Positions 28,055 to 37,414 of a stretch of DNA of 64,000 bases are shown here, one piece after another. This DNA comes from Candidatus Eiseniibacteriota bacterium (GTDB taxonomy: Bacteria > Eisenbacteria > RBG-16-71-46), in NCBI GenBank assembly GCA_963776245.1, contig CAVZLN010000006.1, positions 517,215 through 581,214 of the forward strand. Direction: 5' to 3'. Below the pieces are notes generated by a model. It had not been told where the DNA came from. It searched no databases and worked only from the letters and a program-made list of their open reading frames with translations. The position numbers and the translations under genes are program-made. How positions within the stretch are numbered: position 1 is the first letter of the stretch; every line of letters begins with the position of its first letter.

Positions 28055-28405
28055 ATGCGGATCGACGGACCGGGACTGCTGCTGCGCATCTTCATCGGCG
28101 AGAACGACCGCTGGCACGGCCGCCCGCTGCACGAGGCGCTGGTGCTCAAGGCGCGCGAGATGGGCCTGGCGGGCGCGACCGTGGTGCGCGGGGTCGAGGG
28201 CTTCGGCGCGCACAGCCGGCTGCACACCGCCAAGGTGCTGCGGCTCTCCGAGGACCTGCCGCTGGTGGTCGAGCTGGTGGATCGCGAGGAGCGCATCCGC
28301 GCGTTCCTGCCCCAGTGCGACGCCATGATCGGGGACGGGCTGGTCACGCTCGAGCCGGTCGAGGTGATCCGCTACTCCGCCCAGCCGCCCGCCCCGGACG
28401 CCTAG
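28055..28405 (+). CDS. DUF190 (PII-like) protein commonly co-located with crcB
   Basis: 116 aa beginning IDGPGLLLRIFIGENDRWHGRPLHEALVL; fits the DUF190/COG1993 pattern. Confidence 0.7.
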   Translation: MRIDGPGLLLRIFIGENDRWHGRPLHEALVLKAREMGLAGATVVRGVEGFGAHSRLHTAKVLRLSEDLPLVVELVDREERIRAFLPQCDAMIGDGLVTLEPVEVIRYSAQPPAPDA

Positions 28406-28406
28406 C

Positions 28407-28440
28407 CCGCGAGCCCGACTCGGGAGAGCCGGGCTCGCGG
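28407..28440. terminator. Perfect 11-bp stem hairpin (CCGCGAGCCCG / CGGGCTCGCGG, 12-nt loop) between convergent genes; no U-tract
   Basis: Inverted repeat read directly from the sequence, located 2 nt after the DUF190 stop and upstream of the converging 28467 gene end. Confidence 0.5.
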
Positions 28441-28466
28441 AGGATGCCGTCCATGGGGGCGCGACG

Positions 28467-30290
28467 TCACTTGCTGGGCAGCCTGATCTCCTGACCGTTC
28501 TTCACCCGCTCGCTGACCATGTTGTTCTCCATCATGATCGCGGGCACGGTCACCCCCCACCGCTTCGCGATGTCGGCGAGCGTCTCGCCGCCCTTGATCC
28601 TCACCTTCGCGGGCCGCTGGATCACGAGCGACTCACCCGGCCGGGTGGGCGCGGAGGAGGCCGGCGTCGGGACGAGGCGCGGGGCGATGGACGCGACCAC
28701 GGTGGCGGGGCGTGTCGCCGCGACCGGCGCGCGTTCAGGAGTGGGCTCGGGTAGCACGGGCTTCGGCGCCGCGACCGCCTTCGGCACCGGGATCACCGCG
28801 GGCGCCGGCTCCACCAGCTTGGGCGCGCGCACCGGCTCGGACGGCGTCAGGGTCGCCAGCTGCTGGGCGGCGGCGGGGACCGAGGGCTTCGCGGGCGCGG
28901 GTGCCGCCGTCACGGCGGGCTTCGCGGGCACGGACGCCATGGTCGCGGGCGCGGGATCCGACTTCACCGGCGCGGGTGTGGCAGGCACGGGAGCCGACTT
29001 CACCGGCGCGAGTTGGGCGGGCACGGGTGAGATCGTCTCGGACGCGGCCACCGGAGCCACGGCGGGCGCCGTCTTCGGCGCACTCGCGGCGGGCTTCACC
29101 CGGGCCGACTGCCGCGCGGGTGGCGGCGGCGCGACGGAGGCTGGCGCGACGGCCGCGACCGGAGCGATCGGCGCCGCGGTCACCGACGGAGGCGCGTCCT
29201 GCGCTCGCGGCTGCGAGGCGGCCGCCGTCTCGGTCGGACGCGGCGCCGGGTCGGCGGTCGGAGTCGCCGCCGGAGTCTGCTTCGCACCCCCCGTCGCCGT
29301 GGCGACGGGCTCGGCGGGAACGGGCTGCGCGCCGAGCGGGCGCATCATGCCGCGCATCGATGCCGGGCGCAGCGTGACCCCGATGCGATGCTGACCGTCG
29401 CCCTGGCCCGGCACCACGTAGCCGTAGTCGAACCACACCGATCCCACTCCTCCACCGAGACCGAACGACGGACCGGAGAGCGGGTCGTCGACGGGCGCGG
29501 CGAGCTCGTGGCGGTAGCCCGCGCGCACCGCGAGCAGGCCCTTCCAGCGCCACTCGAGACCGGCGCGCACGTCGTTGTAGTACGCCTGCGGGAAATTGGC
29601 GTCGACCGCCACGCGCAGCCCGCTCGGCAGGTCGAGCGCGGCGCCCACGCCGACGTTGGACGGGAACGGGAACGACGGACCGGCGTATCGCATGCGTCCG
29701 CCCACGTTCTGCGCCGCGACGCCGAGGCCGACGAACCCGGCGCGCACCAGCACGCCGCCGTCGAACGTGATCCCGGCGCCCGAGACGTTGTCGAGCACCT
29801 CGCTCACGTACTTGGTCCCGAGGCCCACGCTCACGGCCGGCCCGAACTGGCGCGCCACGTGCGCGCCGAGCGCCATGTCGGAGACCCCGAACGTGCCGGT
29901 GGAGACGCCGGTGGCGTCGCGGCCCTGGAACCGGCCCTGCCCGTGGTAGAGCCCGGTGATCGCCCAGTGCATGGAGGTGGTGGCGAAGCGCCCGCCCACG
30001 CCGACCCACTCCTGCGACGTCTGGTTCGCGAGCCCGGCATGCGAGACCACCAGTTCGATCGGGTCGAGACGCGCCAGCGCCGCGGGGTTCCACGCCGCGC
30101 CGACCAGCCCGTTCGGCAGCGCCAGCGTGGCGCCGCCCATGCCGAGCACGCTCGCGCCGGCACCCACCGATAGGAAGTTGCCCGCGGTGGTCCCGGCGTT
30201 GTCGATCGAAGCGCTCGCGGGCGCGGCCCACGCCAGCGCCACCACCATCACGACGGCCTTCATGCGACTCGTCATCTCGGTCTTCCTCAT
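28467..30290 (-). CDS. T9SS-associated PorV/PorQ-like outer-membrane β-barrel with Pro/Ala-rich linker and C-terminal LysM domain
   Basis: Signal peptide. N-terminal motif GAGASVLGMGGATLALPNGLVGAAWNPAALARL characteristic of PorV/PorQ-family barrels. About 250 aa of PA-rich repeats. C-terminal LysM (VRIKGGETLADIAKRWGVTVPAIMMENNMVSERVKNGQEIRLP). Confidence 0.6.
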   Translation of the reverse strand: MRKTEMTSRMKAVVMVVALAWAAPASASIDNAGTTAGNFLSVGAGASVLGMGGATLALPNGLVGAAWNPAALARLDPIELVVSHAGLANQTSQEWVGVGGRFATTSMHWAITGLYHGQGRFQGRDATGVSTGTFGVSDMALGAHVARQFGPAVSVGLGTKYVSEVLDNVSGAGITFDGGVLVRAGFVGLGVAAQNVGGRMRYAGPSFPFPSNVGVGAALDLPSGLRVAVDANFPQAYYNDVRAGLEWRWKGLLAVRAGYRHELAAPVDDPLSGPSFGLGGGVGSVWFDYGYVVPGQGDGQHRIGVTLRPASMRGMMRPLGAQPVPAEPVATATGGAKQTPAATPTADPAPRPTETAAASQPRAQDAPPSVTAAPIAPVAAVAPASVAPPPPARQSARVKPAASAPKTAPAVAPVAASETISPVPAQLAPVKSAPVPATPAPVKSDPAPATMASVPAKPAVTAAPAPAKPSVPAAAQQLATLTPSEPVRAPKLVEPAPAVIPVPKAVAAPKPVLPEPTPERAPVAATRPATVVASIAPRLVPTPASSAPTRPGESLVIQRPAKVRIKGGETLADIAKRWGVTVPAIMMENNMVSERVKNGQEIRLPSK

Positions 30291-31300
30291 GGGATGCGTA
30301 CCAGTCCGGTGTGCTGCCGCGTGTCACCCGCGATCAGCCATGCCGAGTAGGGCCCGGGCGCGACCTCGCGCCCTCCGTCGTTCTTCCCATCCCAGGTCAC
30401 GGTGCGCGCGCCCGGCGCCAGCGCGCCGAGGTCGAGGTGCCGGATGGTGCGTCCACCGCCGTCCACGATCTCGAGCCGGGCGCTCGCCGCCCCGCTCGCC
30501 GGCACCGACACCGGGATGGTGACGGAGCTGCCGGCGCGGCTCGGGTTGGGATAACCGGTCTCGACCGCCCACGCCGTCGGCAGACTGCTGCCGGGCTGCG
30601 CGGGGGACAGCACCACCTGGACCGCCGCGCTGCGCGCGCTCTCGTTGTCGCTCTGGTCGAGCGCGGTCACCGCGTACCAGAGCGCCGGAGCGCCCGGCGG
30701 CAGGGAGTTGTCCACGAACACGGTCGCGGTGATGCTGCCGACGCCGCTGACCGAGGTCCACGGGCCGCTCGCGCCGGTGGCGCGATACACGCGATAGCCG
30801 GCCAGGTCGCCCGCGCTGCTCGCGCTCCACGCCACGCGCACGCCACTCCCCTGCACCGCGGCGGTGACCCCGGTTGGCGCGGGCGGCGGCGAGGTGTCGA
30901 GGGGCCAGTTGAACGGCAGGACGTTGGAGATCGCCGACCAGTTGCCGGCGTCGTCGCGCGCCTTGATGGCGAACCAGTACGGGGTGCCGCGCGTGAGACC
31001 GCGCACCGTGAGGCTCTGTCGCGTCCCGGCAACGCTCGGGACCGGCGCGCCGGGGATCACGGTGGCCGCGTCCCACGAGGTGGCATCGATGGCCGAGAGG
31101 GAGAACCGCAGCTCGTAGGCGGCCGCGGTGCCGATGTTGCCGTCGTCTCCGGGCGCGGTCCACGCGAGCGCCACGGAGTCCGCCCCGGCGACCTGCGCGC
31201 GCGCCAGCACCGGCGCGAGCAGCAGGAGCCCGAGCGCGGCGATCGCCGCGGCGCAACGCCGCGCGATGCGCGCGCGGGCCCGGAGGCGGGCGTGGATCAT
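30287..31300 (-). CDS. Secreted fibronectin-type-III protein with T9SS C-terminal sorting domain (TIGR04183/FlgD-Ig-like)
   Basis: Signal peptide AAIAALGLLLLAPVLARA. Two FN3 units (LAWTAPGDDG...YWFAIKARDDAGN). C-terminus YPNPSRAGSSVTIPV...RLEIVDGGGRTIRHL...VTWDGKNDGGREVAPGPYSAWLIAGD...LVRIP. Confidence 0.6.
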   Translation of the reverse strand: MIHARLRARARIARRCAAAIAALGLLLLAPVLARAQVAGADSVALAWTAPGDDGNIGTAAAYELRFSLSAIDATSWDAATVIPGAPVPSVAGTRQSLTVRGLTRGTPYWFAIKARDDAGNWSAISNVLPFNWPLDTSPPPAPTGVTAAVQGSGVRVAWSASSAGDLAGYRVYRATGASGPWTSVSGVGSITATVFVDNSLPPGAPALWYAVTALDQSDNESARSAAVQVVLSPAQPGSSLPTAWAVETGYPNPSRAGSSVTIPVSVPASGAASARLEIVDGGGRTIRHLDLGALAPGARTVTWDGKNDGGREVAPGPYSAWLIAGDTRQHTGLVRIP

Positions 31301-32103
31301 CAGCCCCGCACCCGCATCGGACGCGGCAGGTCGATCGCCGCGCTCCAGCCGATCCACACCCACGACGCCGCGAGATCCCGGATCGACGCCGGCGCGAGCG
31401 TGTCGGTGGTGGTCGCGGTGGGCACGTTCGAGATCGCCGAGACGTTGCCGGCGTCATCCGTCGACTTGGCCGCGAACCAGTACGTGACCTGACGGCTCAG
31501 CCCGCGCACCACCACGGACTGCGCGGTGCCGGCCACCGCCGGCGCCGGCGCGCCGCTGACGGCGCTCGCGCTGGCGAAGTTCCCCGCGGTGATGGGCGCG
31601 GTCGAGTAGCGGATGTCGTACGAGGTCGCGGTGCCGGTCAGACTGTCGTCGCCCACCGCGCTCCAGCCCAGCGTCGCCGTGGTGTCGGTGACGCTGGAGA
31701 CCGCGATCGCGAGCGGCGCCGGGCGCTGCGTGTCGGGCGCCGCGAGCGTGGTGCGCTGGATCACGTTCGAGATCAGCGCCCAGTTGGGCACCTCGTCTGC
31801 GGTCTTGATCGCGAACCAGTAGCTGGTGTTCGGAGTCAGGTTGGAGACCGTGAAGGTCTGGCGCGTGCCCGGGGCGGCCGGCACCGGGGCGCCGGTGACC
31901 GGGGTCGCGGAAGCGAAGTTCGCCGCGTTGATGATCGCCGCCGAGTAGCGGATGTCGAACGCCGAGGCGGTCCCGACCAGGCTGTCGTCGCCCGGAGTGG
32001 TCCACGACAGCGTGACGCTGTTGTGCGTGATCTGGGCGCTCGCGCTCCCGGTTCCCATCACGCTCGCGAGGAGCACCACGAGCATGATCCCTCGGAATCC
32101 CAT
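31300..32103 (-). CDS. Secreted protein with two fibronectin-type-III domains (no sorting domain)
   Basis: Signal peptide MGFRGIMLVVLLASVMGTGSASA. FN3 repeats (LSWTTPGDDSLVGTASAFDIRYS...YWFAIKTADE; LGWSAVGDDSLTGTATSYDIRYS...YWFAAKSTDDAGN). 1-nt TGATG overlap with the downstream gene. Confidence 0.55.
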   Translation of the reverse strand: MGFRGIMLVVLLASVMGTGSASAQITHNSVTLSWTTPGDDSLVGTASAFDIRYSAAIINAANFASATPVTGAPVPAAPGTRQTFTVSNLTPNTSYWFAIKTADEVPNWALISNVIQRTTLAAPDTQRPAPLAIAVSSVTDTTATLGWSAVGDDSLTGTATSYDIRYSTAPITAGNFASASAVSGAPAPAVAGTAQSVVVRGLSRQVTYWFAAKSTDDAGNVSAISNVPTATTTDTLAPASIRDLAASWVWIGWSAAIDLPRPMRVRG

Positions 32104-32493
32104 GACGTCCCCCCTCCAGCCCTTCGTGCATGTGCCGTGTGGGCGTCGAATCTCGTGCTCACCAGCCATCGCAGAACTCCCGATCAAGATGCGTCAGGCG
32201 GCACCGTAGGGAAATCCGGACGAAGGGTCACGTCCTGGATCGCGACGGTCGCGTCACAACCGAGCAAGCCGCGGCCTCTCGCTTGCACGAAGCATGCCCC
32301 GCATGGCCTGTGGCATCCGTGGCTGGGAGTTGACTGCTAACTCGTGGGTGTCGCACGGCCTGCAGTGGATGGGGGGGAGTACGCCAACCACCTTGTTGCG
32401 CGCAGAGTGCACCTCAAGTTACCCGAGTCGCAATGCGTAATACCACGTAATCGCCTCGCCGGGTCCCGGGATCTCCGGCCCGAGGCGCGGTCA

Positions 32494-32522
32494 TTGACAC
32501 CCCGCTGAGCCACACCTATGCT
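32494..32522 (+). promoter_or_regulatory. Near-consensus σ70 promoter TTGACA-17 nt-TATGCT, about 175 nt upstream of pilT
   Basis: Hexamers read directly: TTGACA at about 32494–32499 and TATGCT at about 32517–32522. Lies within a 600-bp ORF-free region. Confidence 0.45.
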
Positions 32523-32703
32523 GCGCCCCTTGATTCGCAGTCCCGACTCGGTCACGCGCAGGGTCTGCCGGTGCTCCCCACCGGTGGCGGGTGAGGCTCG
32601 CACCAGCGTGAAGGAACACCACCGGAGCGGCCGATAACCCGAAGGTGCCCGCCGCAGTCCGCGGCCGGCCTTCATCCTCTCCCTCAGGCAGGCGGGATCT
32701 CGG

Positions 32704-33831
32704 ATGAGCGGGCTTCCACTCGAACGCGATGCGATACTGCGCCGTGCCGTCGAGCAGGGCGCGTCGGACCTCATCATGACCGCCGGTCACCCGGTCATGA
32801 TGACGGTGGCCGGCGTGCTCCAGCCGATGCCCGACTCGGCCGTGCTCACGCCGGCGGACTCCCGCCGCCTCGGCGAGTCGTTCCTCACCCCCGCCCTGCA
32901 CGAGCGCTTCCTGCGCGACCTCGAGCTCGACACCCGCTATTTCATCCCCGGACTGGCGCACTTCCGCGTCAACCTGTTCGTCCAGCGCAGCCACTGGGGC
33001 ACCGCGCTGCGCATCGTGCCGGTGCGCATCCCGCTGCCCGCGGAGCTCGGACTGGCGCCCCACGTGGTGAAGCGCGTGCTCGCGCTGACGCGCGGGCTGG
33101 TGCTGGTGACCGGACCGACCGGGGCGGGCAAGTCCACCACCATCGCCTCGTTGCTCGAACAGGTGAACCAGGGCGGCCCGCGCCGCCACATCGTCACGGT
33201 CGAGGACCCGATCGAGTTCGTGTTCGAGGCCAAGAACGCCGTCATCGACCAGCGCGAGGTGGGCACCGACACGCGCTCGTACGCCCGCGGGCTGCGGGGC
33301 GCCCTGCGCCAGCTCCCGCACATCATCTTCGTCGGCGAGATGCGCGACCTCACCAGCATGGCGATCGCGCTCACCGCGGCGGAGACCGGCAATCTCGTGA
33401 TCTCGACCATGGCCACGCAGTCGGCCGCGCAGACCGTGACGCGCATCATCGACGCGTTCCCGCCCCACCAGCAGTCCCAGGTGCGCGCCCAGCTCTCCCT
33501 CACGCTGCGCACGGTGATCTCGCAGGTCCTGCTGCCCCGCGCCGACGGCAAGGGCCGGGTGGCGGCGCGCGAGGTGATGTTCGTGACCCAGCCGATCGCG
33601 AACCTCATCCGCGAGGACAAGATCCACCAGGTGCAGAACGTGATCTCGACCAGCCTCAAGGACGACATGCTCGCCCTCGACGACTCGCTCGCCGAACTGG
33701 TGGACCGCGGGCTGGTGTCGTTCGAGACCGCGCACCCCTACTTCGACGACAGCGAGAAGCGCGCGGCGGTGCAGAAGCGCTCCTACCGCATCGCGCCGAT
33801 GCCGCCGCGGGCGGCGGAGGGGGCGCGGTGA
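32704..33831 (+). CDS. pilT: Type IV pilus retraction ATPase PilT
   Basis: Walker A GPTGAGKST, Asp box, Walker B, His box; 375 aa; PilT/PilU-like AIRTxL region. Confidence 0.9.
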   Translation: MSGLPLERDAILRRAVEQGASDLIMTAGHPVMMTVAGVLQPMPDSAVLTPADSRRLGESFLTPALHERFLRDLELDTRYFIPGLAHFRVNLFVQRSHWGTALRIVPVRIPLPAELGLAPHVVKRVLALTRGLVLVTGPTGAGKSTTIASLLEQVNQGGPRRHIVTVEDPIEFVFEAKNAVIDQREVGTDTRSYARGLRGALRQLPHIIFVGEMRDLTSMAIALTAAETGNLVISTMATQSAAQTVTRIIDAFPPHQQSQVRAQLSLTLRTVISQVLLPRADGKGRVAAREVMFVTQPIANLIREDKIHQVQNVISTSLKDDMLALDDSLAELVDRGLVSFETAHPYFDDSEKRAAVQKRSYRIAPMPPRAAEGAR

Positions 33832-35552
33832 GCCAGTCCTTCCGGCTCTCGACGCGGCGCTTCGGCGAGCTGCTGGTGGACTGCGGCCGCATCACCGCGG
33901 ACCAGCTCGACCAGGCGCTGCGCGCGCGCCAGGACCCGCGCGAGCGCCTCGGCCAGACCCTCACGCGGCTCGGCATCCTGACCGAGGACGACGTCGTGCG
34001 CTTCCTCGGCGAGCAGTTCTCGCTGCCGGTGGCCGCGGCCGCCGTGCTCTCGAACGCCGACCCCGAGGCGGTCCAGCTCATCCCCGAACATCTCGCGCGC
34101 CAGGCCAACCTGCTGGCGCTCAGCCGCACCGGCGACACGCTCGAGGTCGCGGTCGGCGATCCGCTCGACGTGGTCTCGCTCGACCACCTGCGCGCCCTCA
34201 CCGGGTGCTCGCTGCGCGTCCTGATCGCCAAGCCGAGCGAGGTGCGCGAGGCGATCGACGAGTTCTACCAGCAGATCCGCGCCAGCGAGAAGGTCGGCGA
34301 GATCCTCGACAACCTCGACCTCTCGGCCTCGGCCGACGGCGACGAGGACGTCGATCTCGCCGCCCTGCGCCAGCAGGTCGACGACGCGCCGGTGGTGCGG
34401 CTGGTGAACCTGATGCTCGCCGAGGCCATCGACTCGCGCGCCAGCGACATCCACGTGGAGCCGCTGCGCGAGCGCGTCACGGTGCGCTTCCGCATCGATG
34501 GCGTGCTGCACGAGGCGATGAAGCCGCCCAAGCACCTGCAGATGGCGATCACCTCGCGCATCAAGGTGCTCGCCGACCTCGACATCGCGGTGCGCCTGCT
34601 GCCGCAGGACGGGCGCCTGACCGTGCATCTGCCCGACCGCGAGGTGGACATCCGCGTCTCCACGCTGCCCACCGCCTACGGCGAGAAGGTGGTGCTGCGG
34701 CTGTTCGACAAGGGCGCCTTCAACCGCGTGGTCGCCAACCTCGGCCTCGAGGGCAGCGCGCACGACGCGTTCGTCCGCGCCATCCGCCAGCCCTACGGCA
34801 TGATCCTGATCTCGGGCCCGACCGGGAGCGGCAAGACCACCACGCTCTACGCGGCGCTCAACGAGATCAAGAGCGTGCACAAGAACCTGGTCACGGTCGA
34901 GGACCCGATCGAGTACCACATCGACGCCGTCAATCAGGTGCACGCCAATCACAAGGTCGGCATGACGTTCGCGCGCGCGCTGCGCTCGATCCTGCGCCAG
35001 GACCCCGACGTCATCATGATCGGCGAGATCCGCGACGCCGAGACCGCCGACATCGCGGTGAAGAGCGCGCTCACCGGGCACCTGGTGCTCTCGACCGTGC
35101 ACGCCAACGACGCCGCCGGCACCGTGACCCGCCTGATCGACATGGGCGTGCCGCGCTATCTGGTGGGCTCGGCGCTCACGGTCGTGATGGCTCAGCGCCT
35201 GGTGCGCCGCGTGTGCGAGCGCTGCCATGAGACCGTGATCCCCGACCCGGAGCAGCTCGCGGTGATGGGCGACGACGCCGCGCTGCTCAAGGGCCATCCG
35301 CTCAGCCGCGGGCGCGGGTGCATCGTGTGCAAGCAGACGGGATACTCCGGGCGGACGGCGGTGTTCGAGGTGATGGAGATGACCAAGCCGATCCGGCGCC
35401 TGGTGCTGGATGGGCTCAACGAGGATCAGATCAAGCAGAAGGCCGTGGGCGAGGGGCTGGTGACGCTGCGCAAGAGCGGCATCCGCAAGATCCTCGACGG
35501 GGTCACCACCATCGACGAGGTGCGCGCCGCGACCCTCGCCGACGACGCCTAG
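33828..35552 (+). CDS. pilB: Type IV pilus assembly ATPase PilB (GspE family)
   Basis: N-terminal GSPII domain, Walker A GPTGSGKTT, and a tetracysteine motif CERC...CIVC. GTGA overlap with pilT. Confidence 0.9.
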   Translation: MSQSFRLSTRRFGELLVDCGRITADQLDQALRARQDPRERLGQTLTRLGILTEDDVVRFLGEQFSLPVAAAAVLSNADPEAVQLIPEHLARQANLLALSRTGDTLEVAVGDPLDVVSLDHLRALTGCSLRVLIAKPSEVREAIDEFYQQIRASEKVGEILDNLDLSASADGDEDVDLAALRQQVDDAPVVRLVNLMLAEAIDSRASDIHVEPLRERVTVRFRIDGVLHEAMKPPKHLQMAITSRIKVLADLDIAVRLLPQDGRLTVHLPDREVDIRVSTLPTAYGEKVVLRLFDKGAFNRVVANLGLEGSAHDAFVRAIRQPYGMILISGPTGSGKTTTLYAALNEIKSVHKNLVTVEDPIEYHIDAVNQVHANHKVGMTFARALRSILRQDPDVIMIGEIRDAETADIAVKSALTGHLVLSTVHANDAAGTVTRLIDMGVPRYLVGSALTVVMAQRLVRRVCERCHETVIPDPEQLAVMGDDAALLKGHPLSRGRGCIVCKQTGYSGRTAVFEVMEMTKPIRRLVLDGLNEDQIKQKAVGEGLVTLRKSGIRKILDGVTTIDEVRAATLADDA

Positions 35553-35559
35553 GCCGCCT

Positions 35560-36822
35560 ATGCCCTCCTACTACTACCGCGCACGCGACGCCGAGGGACG
35601 GGCCCGGGAAGGCATCGAGATCGCCGCCTCCGAGGAGGAGGTGGTGCGCATCCTCGAGGAATCGCGGCTGGTGCCGATCTTCATCGAGTCCCGGGCGCCC
35701 TCGGGTGCGCGCGCCGCGCGCGCCGAGTTCCTGCGTCCATTCGCCCGGGCGCTCTCGCGCCTGAACGCACGCATCCAGCCCGGATCGGTGGCGTTGTTCG
35801 CGCGCCAGCTGGCCACCATGATCGGCGCCGGACTGCCGCTGGTGCGCTCGCTGCGCTCGATCAGCCGCGATCACCACGACCGCCGGCTGGCGGTGCTCAT
35901 CGGGCAGGTGGCCGACGACGTGCAGAAGGGCGAGTCGCTGTCGAACGCGCTCGGCCGCCACCCCGAGGCGTTCGACGCGGTGTTCGTGAGCCTGGTGAAC
36001 ACCGGCGAGGTGAGCGGGACGCTGGACAGCATCCTCGAGCAGACCGCCACCTATCTGGAGAAGGCCGAGGGCCTGCGCCTCAAGGTGGAGGCCGCCCTGC
36101 GCTACCCCACCTTCGTGCTCAGTTTCGCCCTGGTGGTGCTGCTGGCCATGCTCCTGAAGATCATCCCGATGTTCGCCAGCATCTACGACCGCTTCCGGGT
36201 CCCCCTCCCCCTGCCCACCCGGATGCTGCTCGGGGCGAGCCGGCTGATCACGGACAACCTGTTGCTGGTGGCACCTTTGGCCCTGCTCGGAGCGGTCACG
36301 GTGTGGTACTGGGCCCAGACCGAACAAGGGCGGCTGGTGGTGGACCGGATGAAGTTCCGGTTGCCCATCTTCGGGAATCTCATCAGAATGTACGCAGTCA
36401 CCAAGTTCGCCCGGACGCTGGGCATCCTCACTGGGAGCGGGACGCAGATCCTCTACGCACTCAAGGTCCTGCGGCCGGTGCCGGGTAACAAGGTGCTGGA
36501 GCAGGGCATAGACTTCGTACGGACGCGCGTCGAGGAAGGCGTGGCACTGTCCAAGGCCATGACCGATTCCGGGGTGTTCCCCGAGATGGTGGTGCAGATG
36601 ACCGCCACCGGCGAGGAGACCGGGAAACTCGACACCATGTTGTCGCGCACCGCTGACTTCTACGAGCAGCGCGTGAGCGCCGCCGTGGAGGGGATGAGTT
36701 CGCTGGTCGAGCCCATCGCCATCGTCATGCTGGGTGGGATCATCGGGATCATGCTGATCGCCCTGTACCTGCCCATCTTCAACCTCGGCCATGCGATGAG
36801 GGCCGGGATGCTGGGACACTAG
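35560..36822 (+). CDS. pilC: Type IV pilus platform protein PilC (GspF family)
   Basis: Two GspF repeats and three TM segments; 420 aa. Confidence 0.9.
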   Translation: MPSYYYRARDAEGRAREGIEIAASEEEVVRILEESRLVPIFIESRAPSGARAARAEFLRPFARALSRLNARIQPGSVALFARQLATMIGAGLPLVRSLRSISRDHHDRRLAVLIGQVADDVQKGESLSNALGRHPEAFDAVFVSLVNTGEVSGTLDSILEQTATYLEKAEGLRLKVEAALRYPTFVLSFALVVLLAMLLKIIPMFASIYDRFRVPLPLPTRMLLGASRLITDNLLLVAPLALLGAVTVWYWAQTEQGRLVVDRMKFRLPIFGNLIRMYAVTKFARTLGILTGSGTQILYALKVLRPVPGNKVLEQGIDFVRTRVEEGVALSKAMTDSGVFPEMVVQMTATGEETGKLDTMLSRTADFYEQRVSAAVEGMSSLVEPIAIVMLGGIIGIMLIALYLPIFNLGHAMRAGMLGH

Positions 36823-36956
36823 GCAGTTTCGGGGACGAGCCCCCCGCTCGGACGGCGGATTCGTTCCGTGGTTGTGCGACGAAAGACGGATCGGGCCCAG
36901 GCGGTCCATCCGGCCGAACCGGAGAGCCGGAACCCCACAGAAGGAGATCTGGACCC

Positions 36957-37385
36957 ATGCGCAGGATGGATCAGAAAGGCTTCACCCTGATGGAGCTGAT
37001 GGTCGTCATCGTCATCGTGGCGATCCTCGCGGCGGTTGCCGTACCGCTCTACATCAACTACGTCAAGGACGCGCAGCGCACCGAGGCGAAGGGCGCGATC
37101 GGCGCGGTGATCACGGCCGAGCAGACGTACTTCCAGCTCAATGGTACGTACGTCGCTCTCACGGCGTTCATCAAGAACCCCGGGCCCAGCGACCAGAGCG
37201 GACTGAACTGCGACCTGACGGAAGCGCTCGGCAACTGGTCCTTCAAGGTGGAGACGCCGACGGACGCGAAGACCGGCTACACTGTCACCGCGACCGGCCT
37301 GGGTGCTACGGGCGGACCGCCCGTGGACATGATCGTCACGTACGCCTATAAGCGCGCGGACGGTCGCGGCATCTGGACGCCGTAG
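36957..37385 (+). CDS. pilA: Type IV major pilin PilA (class III signal: G|FTLME)
   Basis: Leader MRRMDQKG, then FTLMELMVVIVIVAILAAVAVP with Glu5. 142 aa. GAAGGAGA Shine-Dalgarno 9 nt upstream. Confidence 0.8.
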   Translation: MRRMDQKGFTLMELMVVIVIVAILAAVAVPLYINYVKDAQRTEAKGAIGAVITAEQTYFQLNGTYVALTAFIKNPGPSDQSGLNCDLTEALGNWSFKVETPTDAKTGYTVTATGLGATGGPPVDMIVTYAYKRADGRGIWTP

Positions 37386-37414
37386 GCCTGCGGGAGCCCG
37401 CAGCCGAGGCTGCC

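Noticed and set aside
31250-31330. Reading the two FN3 genes (31300..32103 and 30287..31300) as one gene split by a frameshift
   Set aside because: The downstream protein has its own convincing signal peptide (AAIAALGLLLLAPVLARA) right after its start codon. The upstream one ends at a clean TGA with a 1-nt overlap, so two genes is the simpler reading.
32530-32703. c-di-GMP (GEMM-I/II) riboswitch in the pilT leader
   Set aside because: The leader begins CACGCGCAGGG, reminiscent of GEMM-I. However, I could not find the GNRA tetraloop/receptor pair or the conserved GGGACGCAAAGCC core. It is reported only as an unclassified structured leader.
36823-36956. σ54 (−24/−12 GG-N10-GC) promoter upstream of pilA
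   Set aside because: No TGGCAC-N5-TTGC-like element was found. Only a good Shine-Dalgarno (GAAGGAGA) is evident.
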